DNA of 64,000 bases from Endomicrobiales bacterium (GTDB lineage Bacteria > Elusimicrobiota > Endomicrobiia > Endomicrobiales > JALOBY01), in contig CAWCNJ010000002.1 of NCBI GenBank assembly GCA_963796955.1, positions 1-64,000 of the forward strand, given 5' to 3'. Position numbers and translations under genes: made by a program. Positions 23,174-32,773 of this stretch are shown piece after piece (position 1 is the stretch's first letter; each line of letters opens with the position of its first letter). A model generated the notes under the pieces. That model was given only the letters and a program-made list of their open reading frames with translations. It searched no databases and was not told the origin of the DNA.

Positions 23174-23182
23174 CAGATAAGC

Positions 23183-23260
23183 TGGCGGGGACGACGGGAT
23201 TTGAACCCGCGATCTCTGCCTTGACAGGGCAGCGTGTTAACCAGGCTACACCACATCCCC
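23183..23260 (-). tRNA. tRNA-Asp(GTC)
   Basis: GGGGATGTGGTGTAGCCTGGTTAACACG CTGCC-CTGTCAA-GGCAG ... CCCCGCCA. Confidence 0.97.
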
Positions 23261-23377
23261 AGCTTCTATTTATTGCGAGCGATTTCAGCACGGGATTTCC
23301 CTTCGCTCCATATTTCAAATTCTTCAAATATTTTGAGTGTTATTTATACTATATTACAGACAAACTGTCAAATATAG

Positions 23378-23449
23378 TGGGCAATGCAGGGCTTGAACCT
23401 GCGACCCCTTCCTTGTAAGGGAAGTGCTCTTCCGCTGAGCTAATTGCCC
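23378..23449 (-). tRNA. tRNA-Val(TAC)
   Basis: GGGCAATTAGCTCAGCGGAAGAGCA CTTCC-CTTACAA-GGAAG ... TTGCCCA. Confidence 0.97.
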
Positions 23450-23478
23450 GCTGACAATTCACAGATGATATCAAATAC

Positions 23479-24780
23479 TTAGCGGGGTTTCAAGACCCGG
23501 CGGAAGACTTCATTTATATTTTTATAATGGGACTTGATGTCAAAGTGCTCTTTTATCTCCGCGGGGCTCAGGTGCTGCAGGATATCCTGGCTCGCAAGGA
23601 CCACGGTTTCCAGGGGCTTTTTAGTTTCCCGGGCGGTAAAAGCGGCTTTCTGCATCAGGGCGTAAGACTCTTCGCGTGTAAGCCCCTTGTCCACCAACGC
23701 CAGCAGCAGCGCCCCTGAAAAAACGGTGTCTTGCGAGCGCGAAAGATTGTTCATCATATTCTCCGGATAGACGCGCAGTCCCGAGAGCACATAATTCATT
23801 CTGGCAAGCATGAAATCCAGCGCAATGCAGGCGTCCGGAAAGATCACGCGCTCGGCGGCAGAATGGCTGATATCCCGTTCGTGCCAAAGGGCGATATTTT
23901 CCATACCGGTGGCGGCAAAACCGCGCAACAACCTTGCAAGGCCGCAAACGTTTTCCGACATTATCGGATTGCGTTTATGGGGCATAGCGGAACTACCCTT
24001 CTGTCCTTCGGTAAAAGGTTCTTCAGCTTCAAGCACTTCAGTTCTCTGCAGGTGGCGTATTTCCGTTGCGATACGCTCCAGCGATGCGCCGATAATAGCG
24101 ATCTTGCAAAGGAAATATGCGTGGCGGTCCCTGGGTATTATCTGGGTTGAAACAGGTTCTACCTGCAGTCCAAGCTTCTTACAAACATACGCCTCAACTT
24201 TAGGGCTCAGGTGCGCGTAAGTACCGACAGCACCCGATATCTTCCCGAAAGCGATCCATTTTTTTGTTTGTTCGATAAGCACTTTCGCGCGCTGGATCTC
24301 TGTATACCAACCGAGTGCTTTGTAACCGAACGTAGTAGGCTCAGCGTGCACCCCGTGGGTGCGGCCCATGGTCGGTGTGTCTTTATATTTCAATGCCAGA
24401 CCTTTAAGCGTGCCGAGCAGCGTTACCACGCCCTTATGCAGCAGATCGCAAGATTCACTTATCTGCACGGCAAAGGCGGTATCTAAAACGTCTGAGGAGG
24501 TCATACCCAGATGCAGGAAGCGGGCTGAGGGGCCGACGGTTTCAACGACCTGGGAAAGAAAGGCTATCACGTCATGTTTTACGGTTTTCTCTATTTCTGC
24601 GATACGAGTAACATCGATGCGGGCCTTATTACGTATTTCAGCAACAGCCGCCCTAGGCACTTTCTTAAGTGGCACCATAGCTTCGGCCGCCAGTATTTCT
24701 ACTTCCAGCATCGACTCAAAACGGTGTTCATCGGACCAAATCTTCGCCATTTCAGGGCGTGTATAACGCGTAATCATCAT
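23479..24780 (-). CDS. purB: Adenylosuccinate lyase
   Basis: GRTHGVHAEPTT, GSSAMPHKRNP. Confidence 0.98.
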   Translation of the reverse strand: MMITRYTRPEMAKIWSDEHRFESMLEVEILAAEAMVPLKKVPRAAVAEIRNKARIDVTRIAEIEKTVKHDVIAFLSQVVETVGPSARFLHLGMTSSDVLDTAFAVQISESCDLLHKGVVTLLGTLKGLALKYKDTPTMGRTHGVHAEPTTFGYKALGWYTEIQRAKVLIEQTKKWIAFGKISGAVGTYAHLSPKVEAYVCKKLGLQVEPVSTQIIPRDRHAYFLCKIAIIGASLERIATEIRHLQRTEVLEAEEPFTEGQKGSSAMPHKRNPIMSENVCGLARLLRGFAATGMENIALWHERDISHSAAERVIFPDACIALDFMLARMNYVLSGLRVYPENMMNNLSRSQDTVFSGALLLALVDKGLTREESYALMQKAAFTARETKKPLETVVLASQDILQHLSPAEIKEHFDIKSHYKNINEVFRRVLKPR

Positions 24781-24793
24781 TTCTCCTTTCGAT

Positions 24794-24920
24794 GGCTGTG
24801 TGCGAGAACTTTTTCAGTGAGTATTTTCAGAGTGTGTCGCCTCTAGAGGCCCTCGTTATGAGACGCAGTCTCAGAGGGCCGTTCTGAAAATACTCGCTGG
24901 AAAAGTTCTTGTACACAGCC
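24794..24920. repeat. 127-bp palindromic element with 38-bp inverted ends (MITE-like or structured RNA)
   Basis: ggctgtgtgcgagaactttttcagtgagtattttcaga / tctgaaaatactcgctggaaaagttcttgtacacagcc plus nested inner stems. Confidence 0.85.
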
Positions 24921-24950
24921 GGTTTTGAGATGAGACAAAACAGCAAACTA

Positions 24951-25514
24951 CTACAATATTCTTTCGATTGCTTGAGGATATATTTCATGTTCTACGGAAA
25001 GCACACGCTTGGCCAGCGTTTCTGGCGTATCATCAGGCAGCACAGGAACGCGCTTTTGCAAAATAGCGGTTCCGTGGTCGTATTCTTCGTCTACCCAGTG
25101 CACGGTGGCGCCGGATTCTTTTTCCCCCGCTGCGACGACAGCCTCGTGCACAAAATGGCCGTACATTCCCTTACCACCGAACTTCGGCAGAAGGGCCGGG
25201 TGTATGTTTATTATTTTACCTCTAAAAGCCTCTATAAAACTATCGTCCAGTTTACGCATATATCCGGCAAGGCATATCAGGCCTATATTCAAACCGCGCA
25301 AACGCGCGATCATTTCATTTGAGTTTTTTCCCGCGACAAAACCTTGTATTCCGTGTCTGAAAGCACGCTGCAGCGCGAAGGCATCCGGCCTGCTTGAGAT
25401 AACGATGGAAACCTCAGCCTTATCACGCAGGATGCCGCTCTCGCAGGCATCTATGATCGCCTGCAGGTTGCTGCCGCCCCCCGAAACGAGCACGCCGAGC
25501 TTTACTTTAGACAA
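24951..25514 (-). CDS. purN: Phosphoribosylglycinamide formyltransferase
   Basis: SGGGSNLQAI, LAGYM, INIHPALLP, SGATVHWV. Confidence 0.97.
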   Translation of the reverse strand: MSKVKLGVLVSGGGSNLQAIIDACESGILRDKAEVSIVISSRPDAFALQRAFRHGIQGFVAGKNSNEMIARLRGLNIGLICLAGYMRKLDDSFIEAFRGKIINIHPALLPKFGGKGMYGHFVHEAVVAAGEKESGATVHWVDEEYDHGTAILQKRVPVLPDDTPETLAKRVLSVEHEIYPQAIERIL

Positions 25515-26469
25515 CGTCCACCCCGCGGGTACTTTTAACTACGTTACCAATGATCTTCGCACCCTTGAAGAATTGCGCGATCTTTTCAGCTTCATTGCCG
25601 CGGCATATTAGAGCCATGCCTATTCCCATGTTAAGGGTACGATAAATTTCTTTATCCGCAATAGTGCCTTTCTTTTGCACCAGTTCGAATATCGCCGGCA
25701 CCTTCCAGGAACCTTTTTTAATGATCACCCTGCAATTGTCCGGAAGTATGCGTTCTATCTTATCATAAAAGCTTCCGCCGGTAATGTGGGCAATGCCCGT
25801 TATTGCCTCGGTTTTCGCATTAAAGCGATCAAGGGCAGCAAGGACCTCTTTCACATATATACGCGTCGGTGCCAACAGTGCTTTAGCGTGTTTTTTTACT
25901 TCTGCCGAAGACAAGGCAGCGCGGATAAGAGAGTAACCGTTTGAATGGGGACCGCTGGAAGGCAGGCCAACCACAACATCGCCCGGCTTGATATTTTTGC
26001 CTGTTATCTCTTTACCTTTTTTAAGCATCCCTGTACAAAAACCGGCGAGGTCGTATTCTCCGGGCGGGTAGAAACCGGGCATTTCGGCGGTTTCGCCGCC
26101 GATCAGGGCGCAGCCGGCTATGTCACAGCCTTTTTTAATGCCGGCGATAACTTTTTCAGCCTGCCCGACGTTAAGTTTGCCGCATGCGAAATAATCCAGA
26201 AAGAACAACGGCTTTGCGCCGCAGCAGATAATATCGTTGACGTTCATCGCCACCAGGTCGATGCCGACGGTGTCATGTTTGTTCAGCATAAAAGCAAGTT
26301 TCAGTTTGGTGCCCACCCCGTCGGTGGAACTGACAAGATTAATGTCCGTACCGGGCAATGGGAAGCTGCCGCCAAAACCGCCTATTTTGGGAAGTTTCTT
26401 TTTTATTCTTTTTACCAGCTCGTTGCCGGCATCAATATCAACACCGGCTTTTTTGTAAGAAATGGACAT
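25507..26469 (-). CDS. purM: AIR synthetase
   Basis: YKKAGVDI, TDGVGTK, GGETAEMPG, HITGG. Confidence 0.98.
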   Translation of the reverse strand: MSISYKKAGVDIDAGNELVKRIKKKLPKIGGFGGSFPLPGTDINLVSSTDGVGTKLKLAFMLNKHDTVGIDLVAMNVNDIICCGAKPLFFLDYFACGKLNVGQAEKVIAGIKKGCDIAGCALIGGETAEMPGFYPPGEYDLAGFCTGMLKKGKEITGKNIKPGDVVVGLPSSGPHSNGYSLIRAALSSAEVKKHAKALLAPTRIYVKEVLAALDRFNAKTEAITGIAHITGGSFYDKIERILPDNCRVIIKKGSWKVPAIFELVQKKGTIADKEIYRTLNMGIGMALICRGNEAEKIAQFFKGAKIIGNVVKSTRGVDVV

Positions 26470-26533
26470 GAAAAATCTCCTAAAAAATGGACTTAACGGA
26501 CTTTATGGACGACATAACGGACAAAACTTAAAT

Positions 26534-27112
26534 TTACTTACGGCTGCCGGGTTTAACGGGTGCTGAACCGGCTTTACAGAGCGGACATTCTTCGGCTTTG
26601 TAGCTTTTTACGTCAAGGCTGAGCAAAGAAAAGAACGGCACACCAAAACTAACCTTTCCGGCTGAACGGTCAACGAGAGAGGATACGGCGACAACTTTTG
26701 GCTTGTAAGACGATATCGCCTCAATAACCTCTTTTGTTGAAAGACCTGTTGTTATCACATCTTCAACAACCACCGTAACTTCGCCTTCTTTTATATTGAA
26801 ACCCCGTCGAAGGACGAGTTTTCCTTCGACCCGTTCACAAAATATGGCACGGCACCCGAGCGCCCTGGCTATTTCCTGCCCGACCACGATCCCGCCGAGC
26901 GCTGGAGAAACGACCACGCCAACCGGCTCTTTTACTTCTATTTTTATCTTGGCAGCAAGGGCTTGTGCGCATACGGCGGCTTGCGCGGGATGCTGAAGTA
27001 TAAGTGCCGATTGGAAATAGGTGTCTGAGTGCAGCCCGCTGGAAAGCAGAAAGTGACCGCTTAACAGCGCCTGATTATCCTCGAAAAGCTTCTTAGTCTT
27101 GTTCTGGTCCAT
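26534..27112 (-). CDS. pyrE: Orotate phosphoribosyltransferase
   Basis: GHFLLSSGLHS, VVEDVITTG. Confidence 0.97.
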   Translation of the reverse strand: MDQNKTKKLFEDNQALLSGHFLLSSGLHSDTYFQSALILQHPAQAAVCAQALAAKIKIEVKEPVGVVVSPALGGIVVGQEIARALGCRAIFCERVEGKLVLRRGFNIKEGEVTVVVEDVITTGLSTKEVIEAISSYKPKVVAVSSLVDRSAGKVSFGVPFFSLLSLDVKSYKAEECPLCKAGSAPVKPGSRK

Positions 27113-27126
27113 GTGGTTAGCTCCGT

Positions 27127-27777
27127 TTATTTAATGCTTTCAATTTCTTCGGTAACGCGTTTCGCGGCTTCTACGGGATCCGCAGCTTCTATTATCGGCC
27201 GGCCTACGACTATGAAATCGGCGCCGGCTTTGATCGCCATTGACGGGGTCGCGATACGCTGCTGATCGTTCTTTGCGTCGGTTGCCATGCGGATGCCCGG
27301 GGTTATTACGGAAAAATCTTTTCCGCAGGCCTTTTTAATAAGTTCTATTTCGTGCGGACTTGAAATGACGCCGTCTACGCCGCTTTTTTTTGCCAGCAAT
27401 GCGCGGTCGCGGACAACGGTTGGATCGGTCACCTGGCTGGTAAGCACGGTAACCGCCCACAGGCGCGGCCTGCCCGGCACCGCAGCCGCTTCTTTCATCA
27501 TCGGTTCCCCGCCCGAAGAGTGCAGGGTCAGGCTGTAGACACCCATATCCTTCGCCGATTGCACGGCACGCGAAACCGTCGCCGGAATATCATGGAATTT
27601 CAGATCAAGAAAAACTTCGTTACCCGCTTTTCTGATATCTTCAATGATGCGCGGGCCGGACTGCAGAAAAAGGATCGGTCCCACCTTGAAAATATCGGCG
27701 TACGGTGAAAGCCGCTCAACCAGTTCCATTGCCTTGCCATACTCATACACATCAAGCGCGACGATAAGTTTCTTCAT
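27127..27777 (-). CDS. pyrF: Orotidine-5'-phosphate decarboxylase
   Basis: IVALD, FLDLKFHDIPATV, TPGIR, VVGRPI. Confidence 0.98.
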   Translation of the reverse strand: MKKLIVALDVYEYGKAMELVERLSPYADIFKVGPILFLQSGPRIIEDIRKAGNEVFLDLKFHDIPATVSRAVQSAKDMGVYSLTLHSSGGEPMMKEAAAVPGRPRLWAVTVLTSQVTDPTVVRDRALLAKKSGVDGVISSPHEIELIKKACGKDFSVITPGIRMATDAKNDQQRIATPSMAIKAGADFIVVGRPIIEAADPVEAAKRVTEEIESIK

Positions 27778-28688
27778 GATTTAATTTTCCCCGTCATATC
27801 CGCTATAGATTTAATGCCGTATTCCTTCATGTACTCTTCGATCTCCAGCGCAACCCTCGGGGCGGCGTTCGCGTCGACAAAACTCGCGGTGCCCACGCTT
27901 ACCGCTGCCGCGCCCGCGAGCAGGAACTCAACGGCATCTTCGCCGGAACTGATGCCGCCGCCGCCGATTATCGGGCAGTGATGATTTCGGTACACTTCCC
28001 AGACGGCCCGCACGGCCATGGGCTTGACCGCAGGCCCTGAAAGGCCGCCCGTTACCGTGGAAAGCCTGGGTTTCCAGGTGCGGACATCTATCGCCATCGC
28101 CGGGAATGTATTGACCAGGGAAAGCACCCTCGCCCCGGCGCCAAGGGCGATATTCGCGCTATAGGCAATGTCCGTCAATTGCGGCGAAAGTTTCGCTATT
28201 ACCGGCACGCTGAGGCGCTTACAGGCGCCTTTAATTACCAGGCGCATAAGCGTTTCATCCTGGCAGACTATTTTTTTCTGCAGGTTAGGGCAGGAAAGGT
28301 TAAGTTCTACCGCCGAAATACCCTTTTGCCCGGCCATAATGTCTATCGCCGCCAGATATTCTTTTTCGGTGTGTCCCGCGATGCTGACGATAACTGGAAC
28401 CCTCAGTTTTCTTAATACCGGCAGTTTTTGCGTCACAAAAGCTGCTGCGCCGATATTTTGCAGGCCTATCGTGTTCAGCATCCCGCTTGCAGCTTCAGCC
28501 ACGCGCGGAGCGGGATTGCCGGCCTTCGGCTGTATCGTTATGGTTTTTGTCACTATGGCGCCAAGCGCCTGGATGTCGCACAGATCGGCCAGCTCATCAC
28601 CGTAGCCGAATGTGCCTGAGGCGGTAACGACGGGATTCTTAAGTTTTATACCGGCAAGGATCGTTGAACAGTTTGGTTTCATTGCCAA
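27774..28688 (-). CDS. pyrD: Dihydroorotate dehydrogenase class 1B catalytic subunit
   Basis: ASGTFG, ELNLSCPN, GGLSGPAVKP. Confidence 0.97.
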   Translation of the reverse strand: MAMKPNCSTILAGIKLKNPVVTASGTFGYGDELADLCDIQALGAIVTKTITIQPKAGNPAPRVAEAASGMLNTIGLQNIGAAAFVTQKLPVLRKLRVPVIVSIAGHTEKEYLAAIDIMAGQKGISAVELNLSCPNLQKKIVCQDETLMRLVIKGACKRLSVPVIAKLSPQLTDIAYSANIALGAGARVLSLVNTFPAMAIDVRTWKPRLSTVTGGLSGPAVKPMAVRAVWEVYRNHHCPIIGGGGISSGEDAVEFLLAGAAAVSVGTASFVDANAAPRVALEIEEYMKEYGIKSIADMTGKIKS

Positions 28689-29449
28689 TCCACGTGGGAG
28701 ATATTAAATACCGGACCGTCCGAGCAGGCGCGTTTATATTCGCCTTTGATACGCACCGCGCAGCCCTGGCAGACGCCGGTGCCGCAGGCCATTTTTTCTT
28801 CCAGTGATACATATCCTTCGATGGCGTTCTCGCGGGCGACAGCAGCCACTTTGCTCAACATCAGATGGGGGCCGCAGGCGAATATAACAAGATCATGACA
28901 GGTATTATTCTTAAAATGGTCTGTGCAGGCCGTGGTGACATAACCCTTTATGCCGGCCGAGGCGTCTTCTGTCGCAACGATTATTTTCCAGCCGGTCTTT
29001 TTGAAATGCTCCAGGTTCACCAGTTCTTGTCTATTCTTTGCACCGTAAAAAAGTATGCCCGGTTTTTTGAGTTTTGCAGCTAGAAAACTTAAGGAGGCTA
29101 TCCCGCTGCCGCCGGCTATCAGAACAGGCGTTTTGCCGTGTGCAGCTGCAAGTGGATAGCCGCTACCCAGGGGTCCCAGCACTTCAACGATATCACCCTT
29201 GCGCATCACGGATAAGGTTTCAGTTCCTGTGCCGACGACTTTATAAATGAAGGTCAGCAACCCTGAAGCGGTCCCTGCGATGCTTAAAGGGCGGCGCAAA
29301 TAAACACCGGGCACGGATAATTGGCAGAACTGGCCGGGCATAGAAAACCGGGCTAACTGTTCAGCCGCAATCTGCATTTTGTAGTAGCCCGGTGCCAGGC
29401 ACGTATTATCAGCTATTGTTAATAGGTAATTCCGTCTTCTATGTTCCAG
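28679..29449 (-). CDS. pyrK: Dihydroorotate dehydrogenase electron-transfer subunit (start uncertain; probable CTG at 29449)
   Basis: LRRPLSI, GPLG, AGGSG, CGP, MACGTGVCQGC...CSDGPVF; frame is open upstream of Met 29377. Confidence 0.93.
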   Translation of the reverse strand: MEHRRRNYLLTIADNTCLAPGYYKMQIAAEQLARFSMPGQFCQLSVPGVYLRRPLSIAGTASGLLTFIYKVVGTGTETLSVMRKGDIVEVLGPLGSGYPLAAAHGKTPVLIAGGSGIASLSFLAAKLKKPGILFYGAKNRQELVNLEHFKKTGWKIIVATEDASAGIKGYVTTACTDHFKNNTCHDLVIFACGPHLMLSKVAAVARENAIEGYVSLEEKMACGTGVCQGCAVRIKGEYKRACSDGPVFNISHVDWQ

Positions 29450-30708
29450 ACGACTTTTCCTCCGACTATGGTGGTTTCCGCAAGACCGTGCAGCGTGCGA
29501 CCGGTGAACGGCGAGTTACTGCTCTTTGAAATGAAATTCTCTATGATATGTTCGCGTTTCGGGTCTATTATCACGACGTCGCCGCGCGTTCCGGCGCTCA
29601 GCGAGCCCCGGTCCTTTAAACCAAAAATACGCGCGGGGTTCGCCGACATCCGTTCAATTGCCTGCGGCCAGGTCAGTACTTTGGTGTTTATCAGTTCGCT
29701 GATAACCAGCGGCAGCATGGTCTCAAGGCCGATAATACCGAACGGGGCAAGGTCGTATTCCTTATTCTTTTCTTCTTCGGTGTGCGGCGCATGGTCGGTC
29801 GCGATGCAGTCTATGGTCCCGTCGGCGATGCCTTTCTTGATAGCCTTAACGTCATCGGCGGTGCGCAGGGGCGGGTTCATTTTAGAATTCGTGTTGTAGC
29901 CGATCACAGCCTCGTCGGTAAGCGTGAAGTAATGGGGGCAGGTTTCAGCTGTTACGTTAAGTTTATTCTTTTTGGCCCTGCGTACCAGTTCAACGGAACC
30001 GGCCGTGGAAATATGCGCCACATGCAGGTGACCGCCGGTCAACCCGGCAAGCATAATGTCGCGGCCCACCATGATCTCTTCCGCCTGGCGCGGTATGCCG
30101 CGCAGGCCAAGGCGCGTGGAGGTCTCGCCCTCGTTCATCACGCCGCCTTTTGAGAGATCTTTATCTTCGCAGTGCGCGATGACCGGCAGCTTGAACATCT
30201 TGGTATATTCCAGCGCCCGGCGCATGACCATGGCATTCATTACGGGCATGCCGTCGTCTGATACGGCAACGACACCGGCTTTTTTCAGTATGCCGATCTC
30301 GGCGAGTTCAGCGCCCTCGGAACCTTTCGTTATGCAGCCGATCGGATGAACGTTAATAATGCCCTCTTTCTGGGCTTTGAGCAGTATATATTCCACGGCA
30401 GGCGCGTTATCCAGGGGCGGGTGTGTGTTGGGCATGCAAAACAAGGTGGTAACACCGCCGGCCGCAGCGGCGCAGGAGCCCGTCGCGATAGTTTCTTCCT
30501 CTTCATGGCCCGGCTCGCGCAGGTGGGCATGCACATCAATAAGACCGGGAACCACTATCTTTCCTGATGCATCTATTACTTTATCGGCTTTTTCCGTAAT
30601 ACGCGGCTTAACCGCCGAGATCTTTCCGTTAACTATCAGGACATCCGCTTTACCGTTGACTTTATTTGCCGGATCCACGACGTGGCCGTTTTTAATTAAT
30701 AATTTCAT
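29419..30708 (-). CDS. pyrC: Dihydroorotase
   Basis: DVHAHLREPG, MPNT, HCED, KMNPPLR, ATDHAPH. Confidence 0.98.
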   Translation of the reverse strand: MKLLIKNGHVVDPANKVNGKADVLIVNGKISAVKPRITEKADKVIDASGKIVVPGLIDVHAHLREPGHEEEETIATGSCAAAAGGVTTLFCMPNTHPPLDNAPAVEYILLKAQKEGIINVHPIGCITKGSEGAELAEIGILKKAGVVAVSDDGMPVMNAMVMRRALEYTKMFKLPVIAHCEDKDLSKGGVMNEGETSTRLGLRGIPRQAEEIMVGRDIMLAGLTGGHLHVAHISTAGSVELVRRAKKNKLNVTAETCPHYFTLTDEAVIGYNTNSKMNPPLRTADDVKAIKKGIADGTIDCIATDHAPHTEEEKNKEYDLAPFGIIGLETMLPLVISELINTKVLTWPQAIERMSANPARIFGLKDRGSLSAGTRGDVVIIDPKREHIIENFISKSSNSPFTGRTLHGLAETTIVGGKVVWNIEDGITY

Positions 30709-31643
30709 AATGACCCTTGATTTTTATTTTTACTGCCGAGCAAATAAAGGACGGCCATTCTCACCGCAATGCCGTTGGTAACCTGTTCGTTGATGACCGC
30801 GTTGGCGCTGTCAGCGACTTCCGAGGATATTTCTATGCCGCGGTTCATGGGGCCGGGGTGCATGACCATAACATCCGGCTTGGCATGGCGCAGCCGTTCG
30901 GCAGTCATCTGGTAGAACTCTATGTATTCGTGAACCGACGGGAAGAGGTTATCTTTCTGTCGTTCCAGCTGGATGCGCAGTATATTAACGACATCCACAC
31001 CCTTCAGAGCTTCGTCCAGGTCATAAAAAACTTTAACACCCATGCGCTCGATATCGGGCGGGATCAGTGTCGCCGGCCCCACGACCCGCACCTGCGCGCC
31101 CATTTTTGTAAGGGCATGTATATTAGAGCGCGCCACGCGGCTGTGCAGTATGTCGCCTACCAGCAGGACTTTTAAACCTTCGACATTTTTCTTCTTTTCG
31201 ATTATCGTGAACAGGTCCAGCAACCCCTGCGTCGGGTGTGCGTGAAAACCGTCGCCGGCGCTGATAATGGAGGCGTTGAGATTGCGGGCAAGCACCGCCG
31301 GGGCGCCGGCCATACTGTGGCGGATGATTATCAGGTCGGCCTTCATGGCCTCCATGGTCTTGCCGGTGTCTATAAGCGACTCGCCCTTCACCACACTGGA
31401 AGTGGCGACCGAGATATTTACGACGTCGGCGGAAAGGCGTTTGCAGGCGATCTCAAAAGAGGTGCGCGTGCGGGTTGATGGTTCGTAAAAAAGATTGACG
31501 ACGGTTTTTCCCCGCAGGGTAGGCACTTTTTTAATGGATCGGGTGAACAGGCTTTTGAAGGGGCGGGCGGTCTGCAATATCAATTCGATCTCGGCTTTGT
31601 CCAGGTACTCTATGCCAAGCAGGTCCTTGCTTTTAAGCATCAT
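30705..31643 (-). CDS. pyrB: Aspartate carbamoyltransferase catalytic subunit
   Basis: FYEPSTRTRTSF, HPTQGLLD, HPGPMNRG. Confidence 0.98.
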   Translation of the reverse strand: MMLKSKDLLGIEYLDKAEIELILQTARPFKSLFTRSIKKVPTLRGKTVVNLFYEPSTRTRTSFEIACKRLSADVVNISVATSSVVKGESLIDTGKTMEAMKADLIIIRHSMAGAPAVLARNLNASIISAGDGFHAHPTQGLLDLFTIIEKKKNVEGLKVLLVGDILHSRVARSNIHALTKMGAQVRVVGPATLIPPDIERMGVKVFYDLDEALKGVDVVNILRIQLERQKDNLFPSVHEYIEFYQMTAERLRHAKPDVMVMHPGPMNRGIEISSEVADSANAVINEQVTNGIAVRMAVLYLLGSKNKNQGSL

Positions 31644-31667
31644 CGCAATAATCCTCTATAAACCCGT

Positions 31668-32243
31668 TTATTTTGCCGTCAGAATCACTTGTTCGCGGCC
31701 GACGGTTTCCATGAGCTCTACCATAACAGTGTCTTTCAATCCAGTCGGGTATGACATGCCCACGTAGTCAGCCTTAATGGGCAATTCCCGGTGGCCTTCA
31801 CGATCTATGATCACCGCCAGTTGAATACTTTGCGGCCTGCCCATGTCCATCAAGCCGTCCAGCGCCGCACGCGTGCTGCGGCCGGTATAGAGCACATCGT
31901 CAACCAGTACTATTTTCTTGCCGGTAACATCGAAGGGTATGTCGGTCTCTTTCAGCGCCAGCGGGTTAGCGCGGGTGTTTATGTCATCGCGGTACAACGC
32001 GATGTCCATGATGCCGAAGGGAACATCTTTTTTAAGTTCGGCGTAGCCGGCTTCGGCGTAGCCGGCCTCGGCGCGGGCCGCCGAGCGGATCTCTTTGACG
32101 ATACGCTTGCCGATGATCACCCCGCGGCTTTGAATTCCCACGATCGCCAGGTCTTTTGAACCGTTGTTCTTTTCTATTATCTCATGGGCCAATCGCTTAA
32201 TGGTGCGCGCGAGGGCCTCTTTGTTCATCAATATTTTTTTCAT
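31668..32243 (-). CDS. pyrR: Pyrimidine regulator/UPRTase PyrR
   Basis: LAHEIIE, YRDD, LVDDVLYTGR, HRELPIKADYVG. Confidence 0.97.
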   Translation of the reverse strand: MKKILMNKEALARTIKRLAHEIIEKNNGSKDLAIVGIQSRGVIIGKRIVKEIRSAARAEAGYAEAGYAELKKDVPFGIMDIALYRDDINTRANPLALKETDIPFDVTGKKIVLVDDVLYTGRSTRAALDGLMDMGRPQSIQLAVIIDREGHRELPIKADYVGMSYPTGLKDTVMVELMETVGREQVILTAK

Positions 32244-32773
32244 GGTTTAGCCTGCTCCAGATACTTGTGGATGCCCAGGCTTTGCAGGCGTTTATCTTTT
32301 TCTATGATAGCGTCGCCGGTCTTCTTGCGGTAGGCGCTCATTTTCGCGCGAAGGGAAACATCTTTTACCGAAAGTATCTGCACCGCAAGCACCGCGGCAT
32401 TTTTCGCGCCGGGTTTTCCGATAGCGACCGTGGCTACCGGTATGCCCGGGGGCATTTGCACTATGGAATAAAGAGCGTCCACACCGCCAAGATTTTTGCT
32501 TTCTATGGGAATACCTATGACCGGCAGTACGGTTTCAGAGGCAACGACACCCGGCAGGGCCGCAGCCATACCGGCGGCGGCGATGAACACTTCGGCGCCG
32601 TTCTTCTCTGACTGGCGAATGAATTTCTTTACTTTTTCGGGTGTACGGTGGGCGGAGCCTACAGCGACGGCATATTTTACATCGAAGCTTTCAAGCAGTT
32701 TTATGGTCTCGGCGACCACGGGCAGGTCTGTATCGGAACCAACGATGATCGCGACTTTGATCTTATCGGTCAT
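32240..32773 (-). CDS. purE: N5-CAIR mutase / AIR carboxylase
   Basis: GSDTD, SAHRTP, SIVQMPPGIPVATV. Confidence 0.97.
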   Translation of the reverse strand: MTDKIKVAIIVGSDTDLPVVAETIKLLESFDVKYAVAVGSAHRTPEKVKKFIRQSEKNGAEVFIAAAGMAAALPGVVASETVLPVIGIPIESKNLGGVDALYSIVQMPPGIPVATVAIGKPGAKNAAVLAVQILSVKDVSLRAKMSAYRKKTGDAIIEKDKRLQSLGIHKYLEQAKP

